A DNA stretch of 64,000 nucleotides from Anaerolineae bacterium (GTDB taxonomy: Bacteria > Chloroflexota > Anaerolineae > S140-20): positions 1-64,000 of the forward strand of contig JALUTT010000176.1 in NCBI GenBank assembly GCA_027021705.1, written 5' to 3'. A program made the translations under genes and the position numbers. The notes under the pieces were generated by a model. That model did no database searches. It worked only from the letters and a program-made list of their open reading frames with translations, and had not been told where the DNA came from. Every line of letters starts with the position of its first letter. The stretch's first letter is position 1. Of the stretch, positions 37,476-48,118 are shown piece by piece.

Positions 37476-40295
37476 ATGCGTGGGTTGAGCAGTGGTTGGA
37501 AGTCCGGTCCCTGGATGAGCATCTTGCTGGGAGTGAGTCTGCTGCTGGTCTCGTTGTCCTTCCAGCCTCAGGCGATGGCGAGTCCCGCCGGGTCTGGGGA
37601 GTTAAGCAGTCCTGGGGTTGCCACCAGCGCCAGCGCGGAGGCGCTTTGGGTGGACGCCGTGCACGGGGATGATGACAACGATGGCCGCACCCCCGCCACG
37701 GCCCTGCGCACCCTTCAGAAAGCGGCCGATCTGGCTCAGCCGGGCACTACGGTGCACATCCTGCCCGGCATCTACCGGGAGAGTGTTCGACCAGCCCGCA
37801 GCGGCACCATCACCGCCCCCATCCGCTACGTCGCCGAGAAAGGACCCGGCACCGTCATCCTGCGGGGTTCCGAGCCCTCTTCATCGCTCTCGTGGAGGCG
37901 ACTGACGGAGAACACCATCGGCCTGCCCGAGGATGTGGATCCCTCCCGGATCTACTACGCCGATCTCTCGGCCTGGAACCTGGACTCCCCGCCCCGTTTC
38001 GTCGTCCAACTGGACGAAGCGGGCAACGTGGTGGCCCGCCTGCCGCTGGCCCGAGAACCCGACTGGCAGGTGGTCACCGAGTGGAAGGTCCACGAGTTCT
38101 GGTGGGCAGCCGACGGCGGGTCCGATGTGGCCGGCTGCGATCCGCCCACCGACCCGGACCCGAAGAACTGCGACCGCCCCTGGCGCTCCACCACCCAGCT
38201 CACCGATCGCACCGATGACACGGACCCTCCCGGCATCGAGCCGGGCAACCTGACGACGCTGGGCGACCTGACGGGGGCCACCCTGGTGGCGATGGATACC
38301 AAGCAGGGTCACTACGTCTATCGGCGCACCATCGTGGCCCACGATGTGGCTGCCGGACGGGTCACCGTGGACCGGATCGCCGAGCACGACTACGGTTCCG
38401 GCAACCCCGGTCTGGGCTGGGGAACGAAGTACTATGTGGAAGGGAAGCCCATCTTGCTCGATCAACCCGGCGAGTGGTGGTATGACCCCGCTACTCGACG
38501 CCTCTACCTGTGGCCTCTGGAGGACCAGTCCCCCGCCGACCTCAACCTGGAGGTCTCCATTCGGGATATAGGGATCAACCTCAAGAACCGTTCTTATATC
38601 GTCTTGGATGGCCTGACCCTGGAGTTCTTCAACGGAGCAGCCATCGAAGAACGCAACAGCCCCACAGAAGGGTCCCACGGCAACGTAGTCCGCAACGCCA
38701 CCTTGCGCTACGCCAACCGAGGCCTCTACATCACCCAGGCGGTGCGGGCTGACGGCTCTCCGGATTGGGTGACCGATGGCTTCACCTTGGAGCAGTCCGA
38801 GATCGCCTATATGGACACCCACGGGCTCTACATGACCGGCTGGTGGGAGCAGGGAGCTGCCTCAGATGCTTTCTCCCGCCCTCCCATCCTCAACACCGTG
38901 ATCCGCAACAACGAGTTCCACCACTTGGGGTTCCGCTCTGACTGGGACAACGCGATAGGACTGCTCTTCCAGTTCCCCCATCGAATCCGCTTCGAGAACA
39001 ACTACGTCCATCACATCGCTCATAACGGTGTCCAGTTCTCCCGCTCTGTGATCCAGTCTTCTAAGACCTACGGCTTCGCGGACGAGGAGATCAAGACGGG
39101 AGACATCCTGGTCTGGGGCAATCTCTTTGAGAAGACGTGCCAGTTGACGACCGACTGCGGAGGGCTGAAGTTCTGGGGCAAGCCCCCCAGCGGTCATGTC
39201 TTCCGCGATGTGCTCATCGTCGGCAACGTCTTCCGAGAGATCCGAGGATGGACTTGGGTCTCGGAGCAACGGGGCCGTTGGTCGGGCGGCGAGGGAAGTC
39301 CCGTACAGGGCATGGGGGGCTTCGGCCTCTACGTGGACAACGCCAGTGGTCTCCACATTTACCGAAACGTCGCGTACCGCAATGCCCATGCCGGCTTTAT
39401 GCTGGCCGGTGCCTGGCGCGACGGCACGATGATCTTCTACAACAACCTGGCGGCCGACTCGTTATACGGATTCAATCTCTCCGGGCAAAGCTACGATACC
39501 CGAGGAAGCTGGCAAACCCTGCTGGTCAACAATGCGCTGGTGAACAATGAGGGATACGGGTTGCTTATCACTGACAAAGATGGCGAATTCGGCAACTTGC
39601 TGGTTGACTACAACCTGTACTGGAAGAACGGCTGGGGGACCGGCTTGTGGAAGCCGGGCAATATGGCTATCTACCTGGCCAATGCTCCCAACCGACACTA
39701 CCCAACGATCGAGGCCATTCGGAACGGGACGGGTTGGGAGTACCATGGAAAAGAGGGAGATCCGGTCTTCGCCAACTACTCGGCGCAGCGTTCGAGTGAA
39801 GCAGGGGAGGAGCAGCCTGACTTCCGCCTTACGGGCGCCAGCGTCAACGCTATAGACCAGGGCACGGTGGAGCTGCCGGCCTCGCTGGTGGCGTTGTTGG
39901 TCCGCTTCGGCGTCCAGGACGAGCGGCTGGCCGATCGGTACGACATCGGGCCTTACGAAACCGGCTACGCCGTGCAGGCGGTCCCCGCTACCGGAGCCGT
40001 CCAGCCGGGACGGGCGGTCTACACGCTGCGCACGTTGCCGCCCGATGCCGGCGCGACCATCACGCTCAGCACGGAGGACCTGCCCCCGGACGTGGTGGTC
40101 GAACTGGAGTCTGCCGAGATCCCACCGAACGGGGAGACGAGGCTGACGATGACCAGCCGCAAGGAGGAACCCCAGCAGCCCGGTGAATGGCGCACGGTGA
40201 CCATCACGGCCACCAACCAAGCCTTCACCCACACGACGACGCTGAACCTGCTCGTCGGTGGATGGCGCTTCTACTTGCCCGGGGTCCGCCGGTAA
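37476..40295 (+). CDS. Secreted right-handed beta-helix (pectin lyase-like) protein
   Basis: Signal peptide, GDDDNDG...TLQKAA...PGxY start, Asn-rich beta-helix repeats, DIGPYE, C-terminal FYLPGVRR. Confidence 0.8.
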   Translation: MRGLSSGWKSGPWMSILLGVSLLLVSLSFQPQAMASPAGSGELSSPGVATSASAEALWVDAVHGDDDNDGRTPATALRTLQKAADLAQPGTTVHILPGIYRESVRPARSGTITAPIRYVAEKGPGTVILRGSEPSSSLSWRRLTENTIGLPEDVDPSRIYYADLSAWNLDSPPRFVVQLDEAGNVVARLPLAREPDWQVVTEWKVHEFWWAADGGSDVAGCDPPTDPDPKNCDRPWRSTTQLTDRTDDTDPPGIEPGNLTTLGDLTGATLVAMDTKQGHYVYRRTIVAHDVAAGRVTVDRIAEHDYGSGNPGLGWGTKYYVEGKPILLDQPGEWWYDPATRRLYLWPLEDQSPADLNLEVSIRDIGINLKNRSYIVLDGLTLEFFNGAAIEERNSPTEGSHGNVVRNATLRYANRGLYITQAVRADGSPDWVTDGFTLEQSEIAYMDTHGLYMTGWWEQGAASDAFSRPPILNTVIRNNEFHHLGFRSDWDNAIGLLFQFPHRIRFENNYVHHIAHNGVQFSRSVIQSSKTYGFADEEIKTGDILVWGNLFEKTCQLTTDCGGLKFWGKPPSGHVFRDVLIVGNVFREIRGWTWVSEQRGRWSGGEGSPVQGMGGFGLYVDNASGLHIYRNVAYRNAHAGFMLAGAWRDGTMIFYNNLAADSLYGFNLSGQSYDTRGSWQTLLVNNALVNNEGYGLLITDKDGEFGNLLVDYNLYWKNGWGTGLWKPGNMAIYLANAPNRHYPTIEAIRNGTGWEYHGKEGDPVFANYSAQRSSEAGEEQPDFRLTGASVNAIDQGTVELPASLVALLVRFGVQDERLADRYDIGPYETGYAVQAVPATGAVQPGRAVYTLRTLPPDAGATITLSTEDLPPDVVVELESAEIPPNGETRLTMTSRKEEPQQPGEWRTVTITATNQAFTHTTTLNLLVGGWRFYLPGVRR

Positions 40296-42069
40296 GGCGA
40301 TCAGAGCCGTGGAGGCGGATGTGCTCGTGCAAACGCTGCTGTTGCAGACGTGCCATACGGGCGTACAGGCCATCCTCCTCGGCCAGCAGGGCGGTGTGTG
40401 AACCCCGTTGCGCGACGCACCCCTGGTGGAGCACCACGATCTCGTCCATCGCTTCCAGCCCCACCAGGCGGTGCGTCACCCACAACACACCACGCCCCTG
40501 AGTGGCCTGCAACAGCACGTCCACCAGGGCCTGCTCGGTGAGGGCATCCAGGTTGGCCGTCGGTTCGTCCAGCAAGAAGAAAGGTGCCTCGCGCAGCAGG
40601 GCTTGAGCCAAGGCCAGACGCTGGCGCTGGCCGCCGCTCAACTGCACCCCCTGAGCACCGACGTCGGTGTCGTAGCCCTGGGGCAGGCTGTGGATGAACT
40701 CGTAGAGCTGCGCCTGTCGGGTCACCTCGTCCAACATAGCCGGCGTGGCATCGGGCCGGGCCAGGAGCAGGTTCTCGCGGATGGTGCCGCTGAACAGGAA
40801 GGGGCGCTGGGCCACCACGGCGAAGAGGCGACGGAGGTCCTCGACGGCGTACTCCCGCAGGTCGTGCCCGTTGAGCCAGACCCGGCCACGCTGGTAATCC
40901 CAGAAGCGCAGCAGCAGCGCGATGAGGGTGGACTTGCCCGCTCCGCTGGGACCCACCACAGCGATGCGCTTGCCCTCTTCCAAGGTCAGGGAGAGGTCCT
41001 GCAACACCCACGGATCCTCGGGAGTGTATCGGAACCAGACACCCTCCAGGCGCAGCACGGGGCGCACGGCGGGGAGGGGACGGGGCGTGGGGGGATCCTG
41101 CACCTCGGGCCGAGCTTCCACGAGGGTGAACAGACGGCGGGCAGCAGCCAGGTTGGCATCCAGGAACGAGGCGGCGGTGGAGAGGCCCATCGCCGCCTCG
41201 AAGCTGCTCAGGGCCATCAGGACCAGGGCAACCCACACCACCCCTTCCAGGCCGCCGCTGCGCACCAAGGGGATCCCCAGGACCAGCACCGCCAGCATCC
41301 CCAGCCCGGAGAGCAAGACCTGCAGGGCCTGTTCGATGCCTTCTAGGGCGGCCAGACGGGCCTGAAGGGCCAGCAAACGGTCGCCCGCACGGTTGGCCTC
41401 GTCCCGCAGGTGGGGGGCGTGGCCGCTGACCAGGGCGTCGGCCAGGCCCTGGACGCTGTCCACCAGGGTGGCGTTCAGGACACCCCGGGTCGCCACGAGC
41501 CGGGGGCCGAGGGTTCTGGCCTGCCGGCGCACCCAGACCGGCACAACCACCGCCGCCAGCAGGAAGCAACCCAGCCAGGCCCAGCCCATCGCCGGCGAGA
41601 AGGTCCCCAAAAAGCCGCCGATGAGCAGGGCGGTCAGCGCCGCCACCAGGGGCGGGGCCAGCACCCGCACGAAGAAGTGCTCCAGGGTGCGGATGTCGCC
41701 GACGATGCGGGCCAGGAGGTCCCCGCTGCGATAGGCCTGCAGCCGCGCGGGGGCCAGGGGTTCCAAGGCAGCGTAGAACCCCACGCGCAGGCGGGTGAGC
41801 ACACGAAAGGTGGTGTCGTGGGAGACCAGGCGCTCGGCATAGCGGAAGACGCCCCGGGCGATGCCGAAGAAGCGCACACCGACCACGGCGACCTGGAGCG
41901 CGCCGAGGGGTGGGCGCAGGGCTGCACGGGCGATGAGGTACGCACCGGTTCCCAACAGGCCCACGCCGCTGAGCACCGTGGCGGTGCCCAGGATCACTGC
42001 CAGCAGTACGCGGCGACTTTCGGGCCACACCAGCCCGAGGAGGCGGCGCAACACCTGACGGGTGCTCAT
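40225..42069 (-). CDS. cydC: Thiol reductant ABC exporter CydC
   Basis: [38 protein letters not shown]. Confidence 0.93.
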   Translation of the reverse strand: MSTRQVLRRLLGLVWPESRRVLLAVILGTATVLSGVGLLGTGAYLIARAALRPPLGALQVAVVGVRFFGIARGVFRYAERLVSHDTTFRVLTRLRVGFYAALEPLAPARLQAYRSGDLLARIVGDIRTLEHFFVRVLAPPLVAALTALLIGGFLGTFSPAMGWAWLGCFLLAAVVVPVWVRRQARTLGPRLVATRGVLNATLVDSVQGLADALVSGHAPHLRDEANRAGDRLLALQARLAALEGIEQALQVLLSGLGMLAVLVLGIPLVRSGGLEGVVWVALVLMALSSFEAAMGLSTAASFLDANLAAARRLFTLVEARPEVQDPPTPRPLPAVRPVLRLEGVWFRYTPEDPWVLQDLSLTLEEGKRIAVVGPSGAGKSTLIALLLRFWDYQRGRVWLNGHDLREYAVEDLRRLFAVVAQRPFLFSGTIRENLLLARPDATPAMLDEVTRQAQLYEFIHSLPQGYDTDVGAQGVQLSGGQRQRLALAQALLREAPFFLLDEPTANLDALTEQALVDVLLQATQGRGVLWVTHRLVGLEAMDEIVVLHQGCVAQRGSHTALLAEEDGLYARMARLQQQRLHEHIRLHGSDRLTGGPRASRSAIHRRAGSASSCG

Positions 42070-43868
42070 CGGGCGGTCTCCTGGGGGGCCGGCCGGTAGG
42101 CACCCACCAGCCGGCGATAAAGGCCCTCCTGGGCCAACAACGTCCCGTGGGTGCCCTCCTGGACCACACGCCCGTGGTGCAGCACCACGATGCGATGGGC
42201 GCGGACCACGGTGTTCAGGCGGTGGGCGATGACCAGGACGGTGCGGTGAGCCAACAGGCGCTCCAGGGCGGCCTGCACGGCGGCCTCCTGCTCGGGATCC
42301 AGACTGGCCGTGGGCTCATCCAGGATCAGCAGGGGAGCATTTTTGAGTAGGGCGCGGGCCAGGGCCAACCGCTGCGCTTGCCCTCCGCTCAGGCGCACGC
42401 CTTGCTCGCCGAGGGGCGTCTTGTAACTCTGGGGAAGGGCGCGGATGAAGGCATCGGCCCGGGCCAGGCGGGCAGCCTCCACCATCTCATCCCAGGAGAC
42501 GTCAGGGCGGGCCAGGCGCAGGTTCTCCTCCACCGTGGCGTTGAACAGGTAGGGACGCTGAGGAACCCAAGCCACCCAACGCCGCCACATCTGGGGAGGA
42601 TAGTCGGAAAGCGGACGTCCATCCACCAGGATGCGCCCCGCCTGAGGAACGATGAAACGCAGCAGGAGGGCCGCCACGGTGCTCTTGCCCGCCCCGCTGG
42701 GGCCGACCAGGGCCGTGATCTGGTTCTCGGCGATGACCAACGAGAGGTCCTCCAGGGCCGGTGTCCTGGCCTCGGGATAGGTATAGGTAACCTGCTCCAG
42801 GACCAGGTGCATCCGGGGCGGGGAAAGGGATTCCCGGAGGCCGGCGACGCGATGGGGAGACGGCGACGGGCGGGAGGGGACCTCCGTGGCCACTGCATCC
42901 CCCCGAGGGTGCGGAACGGGGAGGTCCAGGAGGGCGAAGAGGCGCTCGGCGGCGGCCACCCCACCCATCCCGGCGTGGAAGCGCGTCCCCAAGAGTCGGA
43001 AGGGCTGGTAGAATTCGGGAGCCAAGAGCAGGACGAGGAAAGCCTGGCTGAAGGTAAGGTGACCGTAGAGCAGGCGCAGGCCGATGCCCACAGCCACCAC
43101 GGCGGTGCTCAGGGTGCCGGCCCACTCCAGCACCAGGGCGGAGAGGAAAGCGATGCGCAGGACCTGCAGGGTGGTCCGCCGGAAGCGATCGCTGACGGCC
43201 TCCACGCGCCGGACGTACTCCCGGCTGCGTCCCAGGACCTTGAGGGCGGTGAGGCCCTGGAGGGCATCGAGCAGAAAGGCGCTCATCCGGTTGAGTTGCT
43301 GCCACTGCGTTCGGGTCAGGGCATCGGCCAGGCTGCCGATGAGGTTCATAAAGAGGGGGATGACGGGGGCGGTGATCAGCAGGATGAGGCCCGAGATCCA
43401 GTCACGGGGGAAGACGACGATCAGGACGAGAAGGGGGACCAAGGCGGTGAGGACCACCTGGGGGAGGTAGCGGCGGAAGTAGGTTTCCAGCTCTTCCAGG
43501 CCCTCGGTCAGGGCGTTGGTGATCTCGCCGGTGCGCTCGCCCGAGAGATGGACCGGCCCCAGAGCGAGGAGGTGGTCCAGCAGGCGCCGGCGGAGAGTGC
43601 GCTTGATCTGCGCGGCGAAGTGGAAAGCGGCCACCTCGCAGCCCCAGGCAGCGGCGGCCCGCAGAAGCAAGACGGCCACCAGGGTCAGCAGGATGGGACG
43701 TACAGCGGTCAGGCCGGCCCCCTGGAGGAAGACGGCATCCAGGACGCTGGCGAGCAGCGCGGCTTGGAGGACGATGAGCCCCCCACCCAGCAAGCCCAGG
43801 GCAACGGTGAGGGCCAGCCAGGCGATCGGCCGGCGGGCCAGGCTCAGGAGGCGACGGTTGAGGTTCAT
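42066..43868 (-). CDS. cydD: Thiol reductant ABC exporter CydD
   Basis: YFRRYLPQ, LRIAFLS, LAPEFYQP.R.LG..FH, ABC motifs. Confidence 0.93.
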   Translation of the reverse strand: MNLNRRLLSLARRPIAWLALTVALGLLGGGLIVLQAALLASVLDAVFLQGAGLTAVRPILLTLVAVLLLRAAAAWGCEVAAFHFAAQIKRTLRRRLLDHLLALGPVHLSGERTGEITNALTEGLEELETYFRRYLPQVVLTALVPLLVLIVVFPRDWISGLILLITAPVIPLFMNLIGSLADALTRTQWQQLNRMSAFLLDALQGLTALKVLGRSREYVRRVEAVSDRFRRTTLQVLRIAFLSALVLEWAGTLSTAVVAVGIGLRLLYGHLTFSQAFLVLLLAPEFYQPFRLLGTRFHAGMGGVAAAERLFALLDLPVPHPRGDAVATEVPSRPSPSPHRVAGLRESLSPPRMHLVLEQVTYTYPEARTPALEDLSLVIAENQITALVGPSGAGKSTVAALLLRFIVPQAGRILVDGRPLSDYPPQMWRRWVAWVPQRPYLFNATVEENLRLARPDVSWDEMVEAARLARADAFIRALPQSYKTPLGEQGVRLSGGQAQRLALARALLKNAPLLILDEPTASLDPEQEAAVQAALERLLAHRTVLVIAHRLNTVVRAHRIVVLHHGRVVQEGTHGTLLAQEGLYRRLVGAYRPAPQETAR

Positions 43869-43974
43869 AAGTGCACCGGAGGGAGAGGGGCCCAAAGGGC
43901 CTCACCCCTCCTCGGAGGGGAGAGCGCGGCGGTGGCCCAGGAGGGGTGAGGGAGGCGAAAGGCCCTACGAGCGC

Positions 43975-44991
43975 TCAGTAGACCATCTCCTCCGGCCTGT
44001 CGGCCCGGATGCGGTGGCGGAAGGTGTAGTACGTCCAGCCCTGGTAGAGCAATACGATCGGCAGGAGGATCAGGGTGATGATGAGCATCACCCTGAGGGT
44101 GTACGGACTGGAAGCGGCGTTGTAGATGGTCAGGCTCCAGTCAGGGTTCAGGCTGGAGACGATGAGGCGCGGATAGAGAGCCACGAAGAGGGTGGCGGTG
44201 ATGAAGACCACGCTCAAGGCCACCAGGACGAAGCCCTTGCCGTGGTCGCGCCGGCGGATGAAATAGCCGCTGCTCAGCAGGCTCAGGACGCCCAGCACCG
44301 GGATGACGCCGGGATTGACGCCCACGTGCTGGACGAAGTCGGTTTCAAAGTAGCTGTAAACGATGAAGAGGAAGAAGAGGCCGGTGGTCCAGGGCCAGAG
44401 GCGTTCGGCGAAACGGCAGGCCCGTTCCCGCAGGCTTCCTTCCAGCTTCATGCCCAGGAAGAGGGCCCCGTGGAGCAGGAACGCCACGACCATATTGATG
44501 CCACCCAGCAGGGCGTAGGGATTGAGCAGGTCGAAGAGGGTGCCCACGTAGTGCATATCCCGATCAACAGGCACCCCTCGGATGAGGTTGCTGAGGGCGA
44601 CGCCCCACAGGAGGGCAGGCACCAGGCTGCCGACGAAGATGGCCCAGTCCCAGGCATTGCGCCAGCGGGGGTTCTCCTCCTTGCTGCGAAACTCGAAGCC
44701 CAGGCCGCGCACGATGAGGGCACCCAGCAGGAGCACCAGCGCCAGGTAGAAGCCGCTGAACAGGGTGGCGTAGACGTGGGGAAAGGCGGCGAACATCGCC
44801 CCGCCGGCGGTGATCATCCAGACCTCGTTGGCATCCCACACAGGACCGATGGTGTTGATGATGGCACGACGCTCGTGGTCCTCTCGGGTCAGGATGCGCA
44901 GCAGCATCCCGACGCCGTAGTCGAAGCCCTCCAAGAACAGAAAGCCGATGAACAACACGGCGATCAAGATGAACCACAGGGTGTTCAACAT
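43975..44991 (-). CDS. cydB: Cytochrome bd oxidase subunit II
   Basis: LEGFDYGVG, GPVWDANEVW, FAAFP. Confidence 0.96.
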   Translation of the reverse strand: MLNTLWFILIAVLFIGFLFLEGFDYGVGMLLRILTREDHERRAIINTIGPVWDANEVWMITAGGAMFAAFPHVYATLFSGFYLALVLLLGALIVRGLGFEFRSKEENPRWRNAWDWAIFVGSLVPALLWGVALSNLIRGVPVDRDMHYVGTLFDLLNPYALLGGINMVVAFLLHGALFLGMKLEGSLRERACRFAERLWPWTTGLFFLFIVYSYFETDFVQHVGVNPGVIPVLGVLSLLSSGYFIRRRDHGKGFVLVALSVVFITATLFVALYPRLIVSSLNPDWSLTIYNAASSPYTLRVMLIITLILLPIVLLYQGWTYYTFRHRIRADRPEEMVY

Positions 44992-45014
44992 CACGCCCTC
45001 CTCGGATGAGTCCG

Positions 45015-46376
45015 CTAGCTTGCCCCAACGGATTGCGGCGAGGCGACGGCCGACCGCAGGTGCTTGCCGATCAGGTAGACGCCGGCGTACATCCCGAGGA
45101 TGTACAACACCAGGAGGAAGATCAGGGAAAAGGCGATCTCGCCGGCCGAGACGGTGGGGGAGACCGCATCTTCCACCCGCTGCAGGCCGAAGACGATCCA
45201 CGGCTGCCGCCCCACCTCGGTCAGGATCCAGCCTGTGGTGGAAGCCAGGTAAGGCAGGGCGGTGGCCCACACCAGCCCCTTGAGCAAGCGCGGGCTGTCG
45301 GCGAAGCGCTCCCGGGCGACCAGATAGACCGCCCAGGCGGCCAGCGCCAGCATCAGGAAACCGGCCCCCACCATAAGGCGGAAGCTCCAATAGGTGACGT
45401 TGATGGGCGGGACGTAGTTGCCAGGGCCATACCGGGCTTCGTAGGCGGCCTGCAGCTCCTGGATCCCTTTCACCTCACCGGAAGGGCGGTTGTAGGCCAG
45501 GATGCTCAACAGGTAGGGAATGCGCAACGAGATCAGCTCTCGCCCGGTGGCCTCGTCGGTGATGGTGAGGATGGAGAAAGAGGCGGGGTTTTCGGAACGC
45601 TGCAAAGCCTCGGCCGCAGCCATCTTCATCGGCTGGACGGCGACGATGTGCTGGGCCTGAGTATGGCCGACCAGCACGATCAGGAGGGTTCCCAGAAGGG
45701 CGTACACGGCTGCGACGCGGAAGGAGCGCATCACCATCGCATCCCGGCGACCGCGCAACAGGAGATAGGCGCTCAGGCCCAGGATCACGAAACCCGCCGT
45801 GGCGATGCCGGCGGCGAGCACATGGGGGAATTGCACCCACACGTTGGGATTGGTGATGAGGGCGAAGAAGTCCACCATCTCGGCGCGACCGTTGCGGATG
45901 ACGTACCCCACCGGCTCCTGCATAAAGGAATTGGCGATGAGGATCCACAGGGCCGAGATGTTGGACCCCAGGGCGATGAGCCACATCGTAGCGGCGTGCA
46001 GCTTGGGGGAGAGCTTCTCCCAGCCGAAGACCCACACACCGATGAAGGTGGACTCTAGATAGAAGGCCAGCAGGGCCTCAATGGCCAGGGGCGCGCCAAA
46101 GATGTCGCCCATAAAGCGGGAGTATTCCGACCAGTTCATGCCGAACTGGAACTCCTGGACAATGCCGGAGACCACGCCCAGGGCAAAGTTGATCAGAAAA
46201 ACCTTGCCCCAAAACTTCACCATATCCTTGTACACCTCGTCCTGGGTGCGGACGTAGAGGGTCTCCAGGATTGCCAGCAGGATGGTGATCCCCAACGTCA
46301 GGGGGACGAAGAAGAAGTGGATGATGGTGAGGACGGCGAACTGCCAACGGGCTAAGGCCAGGGCCAACGTGTCCAT
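45015..46376 (-). CDS. cydA: Cytochrome bd oxidase subunit I
   Basis: ARWQFA, HFFFVPLT, EFQFGMNW, QPMKMAAAE, EVGRQPW. Confidence 0.97.
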   Translation of the reverse strand: MDTLALALARWQFAVLTIIHFFFVPLTLGITILLAILETLYVRTQDEVYKDMVKFWGKVFLINFALGVVSGIVQEFQFGMNWSEYSRFMGDIFGAPLAIEALLAFYLESTFIGVWVFGWEKLSPKLHAATMWLIALGSNISALWILIANSFMQEPVGYVIRNGRAEMVDFFALITNPNVWVQFPHVLAAGIATAGFVILGLSAYLLLRGRRDAMVMRSFRVAAVYALLGTLLIVLVGHTQAQHIVAVQPMKMAAAEALQRSENPASFSILTITDEATGRELISLRIPYLLSILAYNRPSGEVKGIQELQAAYEARYGPGNYVPPINVTYWSFRLMVGAGFLMLALAAWAVYLVARERFADSPRLLKGLVWATALPYLASTTGWILTEVGRQPWIVFGLQRVEDAVSPTVSAGEIAFSLIFLLVLYILGMYAGVYLIGKHLRSAVASPQSVGAS

Positions 46377-46648
46377 TGGGACACCTCCTCTGCTTGAAAA
46401 GCGAACAGCCGGAGAGGGGGGTGAGATGGCTCAGGTGGATGGCAAGTGTAACCAATGGGACCCCAGCGGCAAGTGTTAAGCATCACCTTTTCCCCCTGAC
46501 AGATGTCACCTCTTCTCCTGTTAGGCACTGCCAGTGGGCCTGGGAAAAGCCTTGTCAGAAGCGAGGAGCGTGGAACCGGCCATCCGCCGCAGTCCATTTC
46601 CCCCTTGCGATCCGGGAGGCTTCGCAGGTGGTCCCCGGAGGGCGGGCC

Positions 46649-46677
46649 TTGACGCTCTTCGGTTCCTCGCTTATAAT
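46649..46677 (+). promoter_or_regulatory. Sigma70-type promoter
   Basis: TTGACG-N17-TATAAT. Confidence 0.7.
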
Positions 46678-46718
46678 GGGCGCGTCATAGCTGCTCTCTC
46701 AGGCGGGTCCGCAAGACG

Positions 46719-47636
46719 ATGAAACTCCACCTGATCCGTCCCAACGCCTACCACCTCCGGGGCGGCTCCAACGCCGGCCTCCTCGTCCACGGCAAAGAGG
46801 CCCTGGTGATTGACGCCGGCCTGGATGACGATGCAGGCCGGCGCATCCTCCGCTTGGCGGAGGGGCTGGGGGTCTCGATCACAGCCATCCTCATCACCCA
46901 CGCCCACGCCGACCACTTCGGCGGCGGGGCCTTCCTGCGCCGGCGAACCGGCGCGCCCGTCTACGCACCGGCGGTGGAGGCCGGCATCGTCGCCCATCCG
47001 CTGCTGGAGCCCCTCTTCCTCTTCGGCGGGGCGATGCCCATCGCCGAACTGCGGGGGCGGTTCACCCTGGCCCGACGCGCCTGCCCGGTGGATCACCCGC
47101 TGGAGCCCGGCACCCTCTCCATCGGCCCGTTCACCGTCGAGGTCGTCCCCCTGCCCGGCCACGCTCCAAATCAGGTCGGCATCGCCTGGGAAGATGTCCT
47201 CTTCTGCGCCGACGCCTTCTTCCCCACCAAAGTGCTACAAAAGCATCCCATCCCCTTCTGCGCCGACGTGGGACCGGCACTGGAAACGCTCGCCCGCCTG
47301 CCCGCGATGCCCTATGCTTTCTTCGCCCCCGGCCACGGCGATGTCCTGACCCCGGAGACCCTGCCCGCCGTCATCGAGGCCAACCGGCAACGGCTCCAGG
47401 CCATCCTCCGGGTCGTTCAGGAGACCTTGGACGAACCCCGGGAGACGGCGGTCCTGCTGAAGGCGGTGGCCGACCACCTGGGAGCCGAGCACCGCGCCCC
47501 CTGGCAGCACTACCTGGCCCAGACCACCGTTTTGGCCGCCCTGGCCTATCTGCGGGAGCAGGGTCTGGTGGATGTGGAGATGCGGGAGAACCGGCTGCTG
47601 TGGACTCGGAAACCCGAGCCTTTCGAGAACCGATAA
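46719..47636 (+). CDS. MBL-fold metallo-hydrolase
   Basis: ITHAHADHFGG, LPGHA, PGHG. Confidence 0.92.
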   Translation: MKLHLIRPNAYHLRGGSNAGLLVHGKEALVIDAGLDDDAGRRILRLAEGLGVSITAILITHAHADHFGGGAFLRRRTGAPVYAPAVEAGIVAHPLLEPLFLFGGAMPIAELRGRFTLARRACPVDHPLEPGTLSIGPFTVEVVPLPGHAPNQVGIAWEDVLFCADAFFPTKVLQKHPIPFCADVGPALETLARLPAMPYAFFAPGHGDVLTPETLPAVIEANRQRLQAILRVVQETLDEPRETAVLLKAVADHLGAEHRAPWQHYLAQTTVLAALAYLREQGLVDVEMRENRLLWTRKPEPFENR

Positions 47637-47690
47637 CCCCTGGACAGCAGGTAACCGGTGATCACCCATATCTTTGGAGATAGGGAGACT

Positions 47691-47769
47691 GGCCGTCCAC
47701 GAATGGGGCACGAATACACGAATTAAGGACCGCCTCATTCGTGCATTTGTGAGAAATTCGTGGACGGCC
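47691..47769. repeat. Palindromic REP-like element
   Basis: GGCCGTCCACGAAT...ATTCGTGGACGGCC with internal CACGAAT repeats. Confidence 0.75.
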
Positions 47770-47823
47770 TGCTACGGACCACTCTCTCGCTCACTTGTAG
47801 GTAATCATCGCAGCAGGTAAGCC

Positions 47824-47852
47824 TTGACTTTCTCAGGTGTTAGCGTTATACT
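47824..47852 (+). promoter_or_regulatory. Promoter of the ABC operon
   Basis: TTGACT-N17-TATACT, about 265 bp upstream of the SBP start. Confidence 0.65.
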
Positions 47853-48118
47853 CTTTAGCGTCCCCAACGATCTTCTGATCTTTTGCCCGAACGTCCCAGA
47901 CCTGCCGCAAACCGATCCTGCGACCGAATGAATGAAAGGAGGTGGTGCGCTCCGGAGAGGTTCTGCCTGGTTCGTCAGAGCGCCAACGGACCATATCGGG
48001 CGGAAGGGCTGGGTTTCCAAGCCTGACCGCAATCCCGGCAGCCTCTATCCGGGACCAACGATGAACGGTTCCCTTCCCCTCTAAGTCCTGCTCATAGAGT
48101 TCCGAAGGAGGAGAAAAG

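Noticed and set aside
40225..40295. Functional significance of the cydC / beta-helix 3' overlap
   Set aside because: The cydC tail looks like non-conserved read-through into a convergent gene; nothing supports a function.
43878..43966. Small cydX/cydS gene between cydB and cydD
   Set aside because: No small hydrophobic ORF; the gap is a CCTCACCCC/GGGGTGAGG hairpin repeat.
47853..48118. T-box or glycine riboswitch
   Set aside because: No T-box consensus (AAGGTGGNACC) with terminator, and no glycine aptamer core could be matched by eye.
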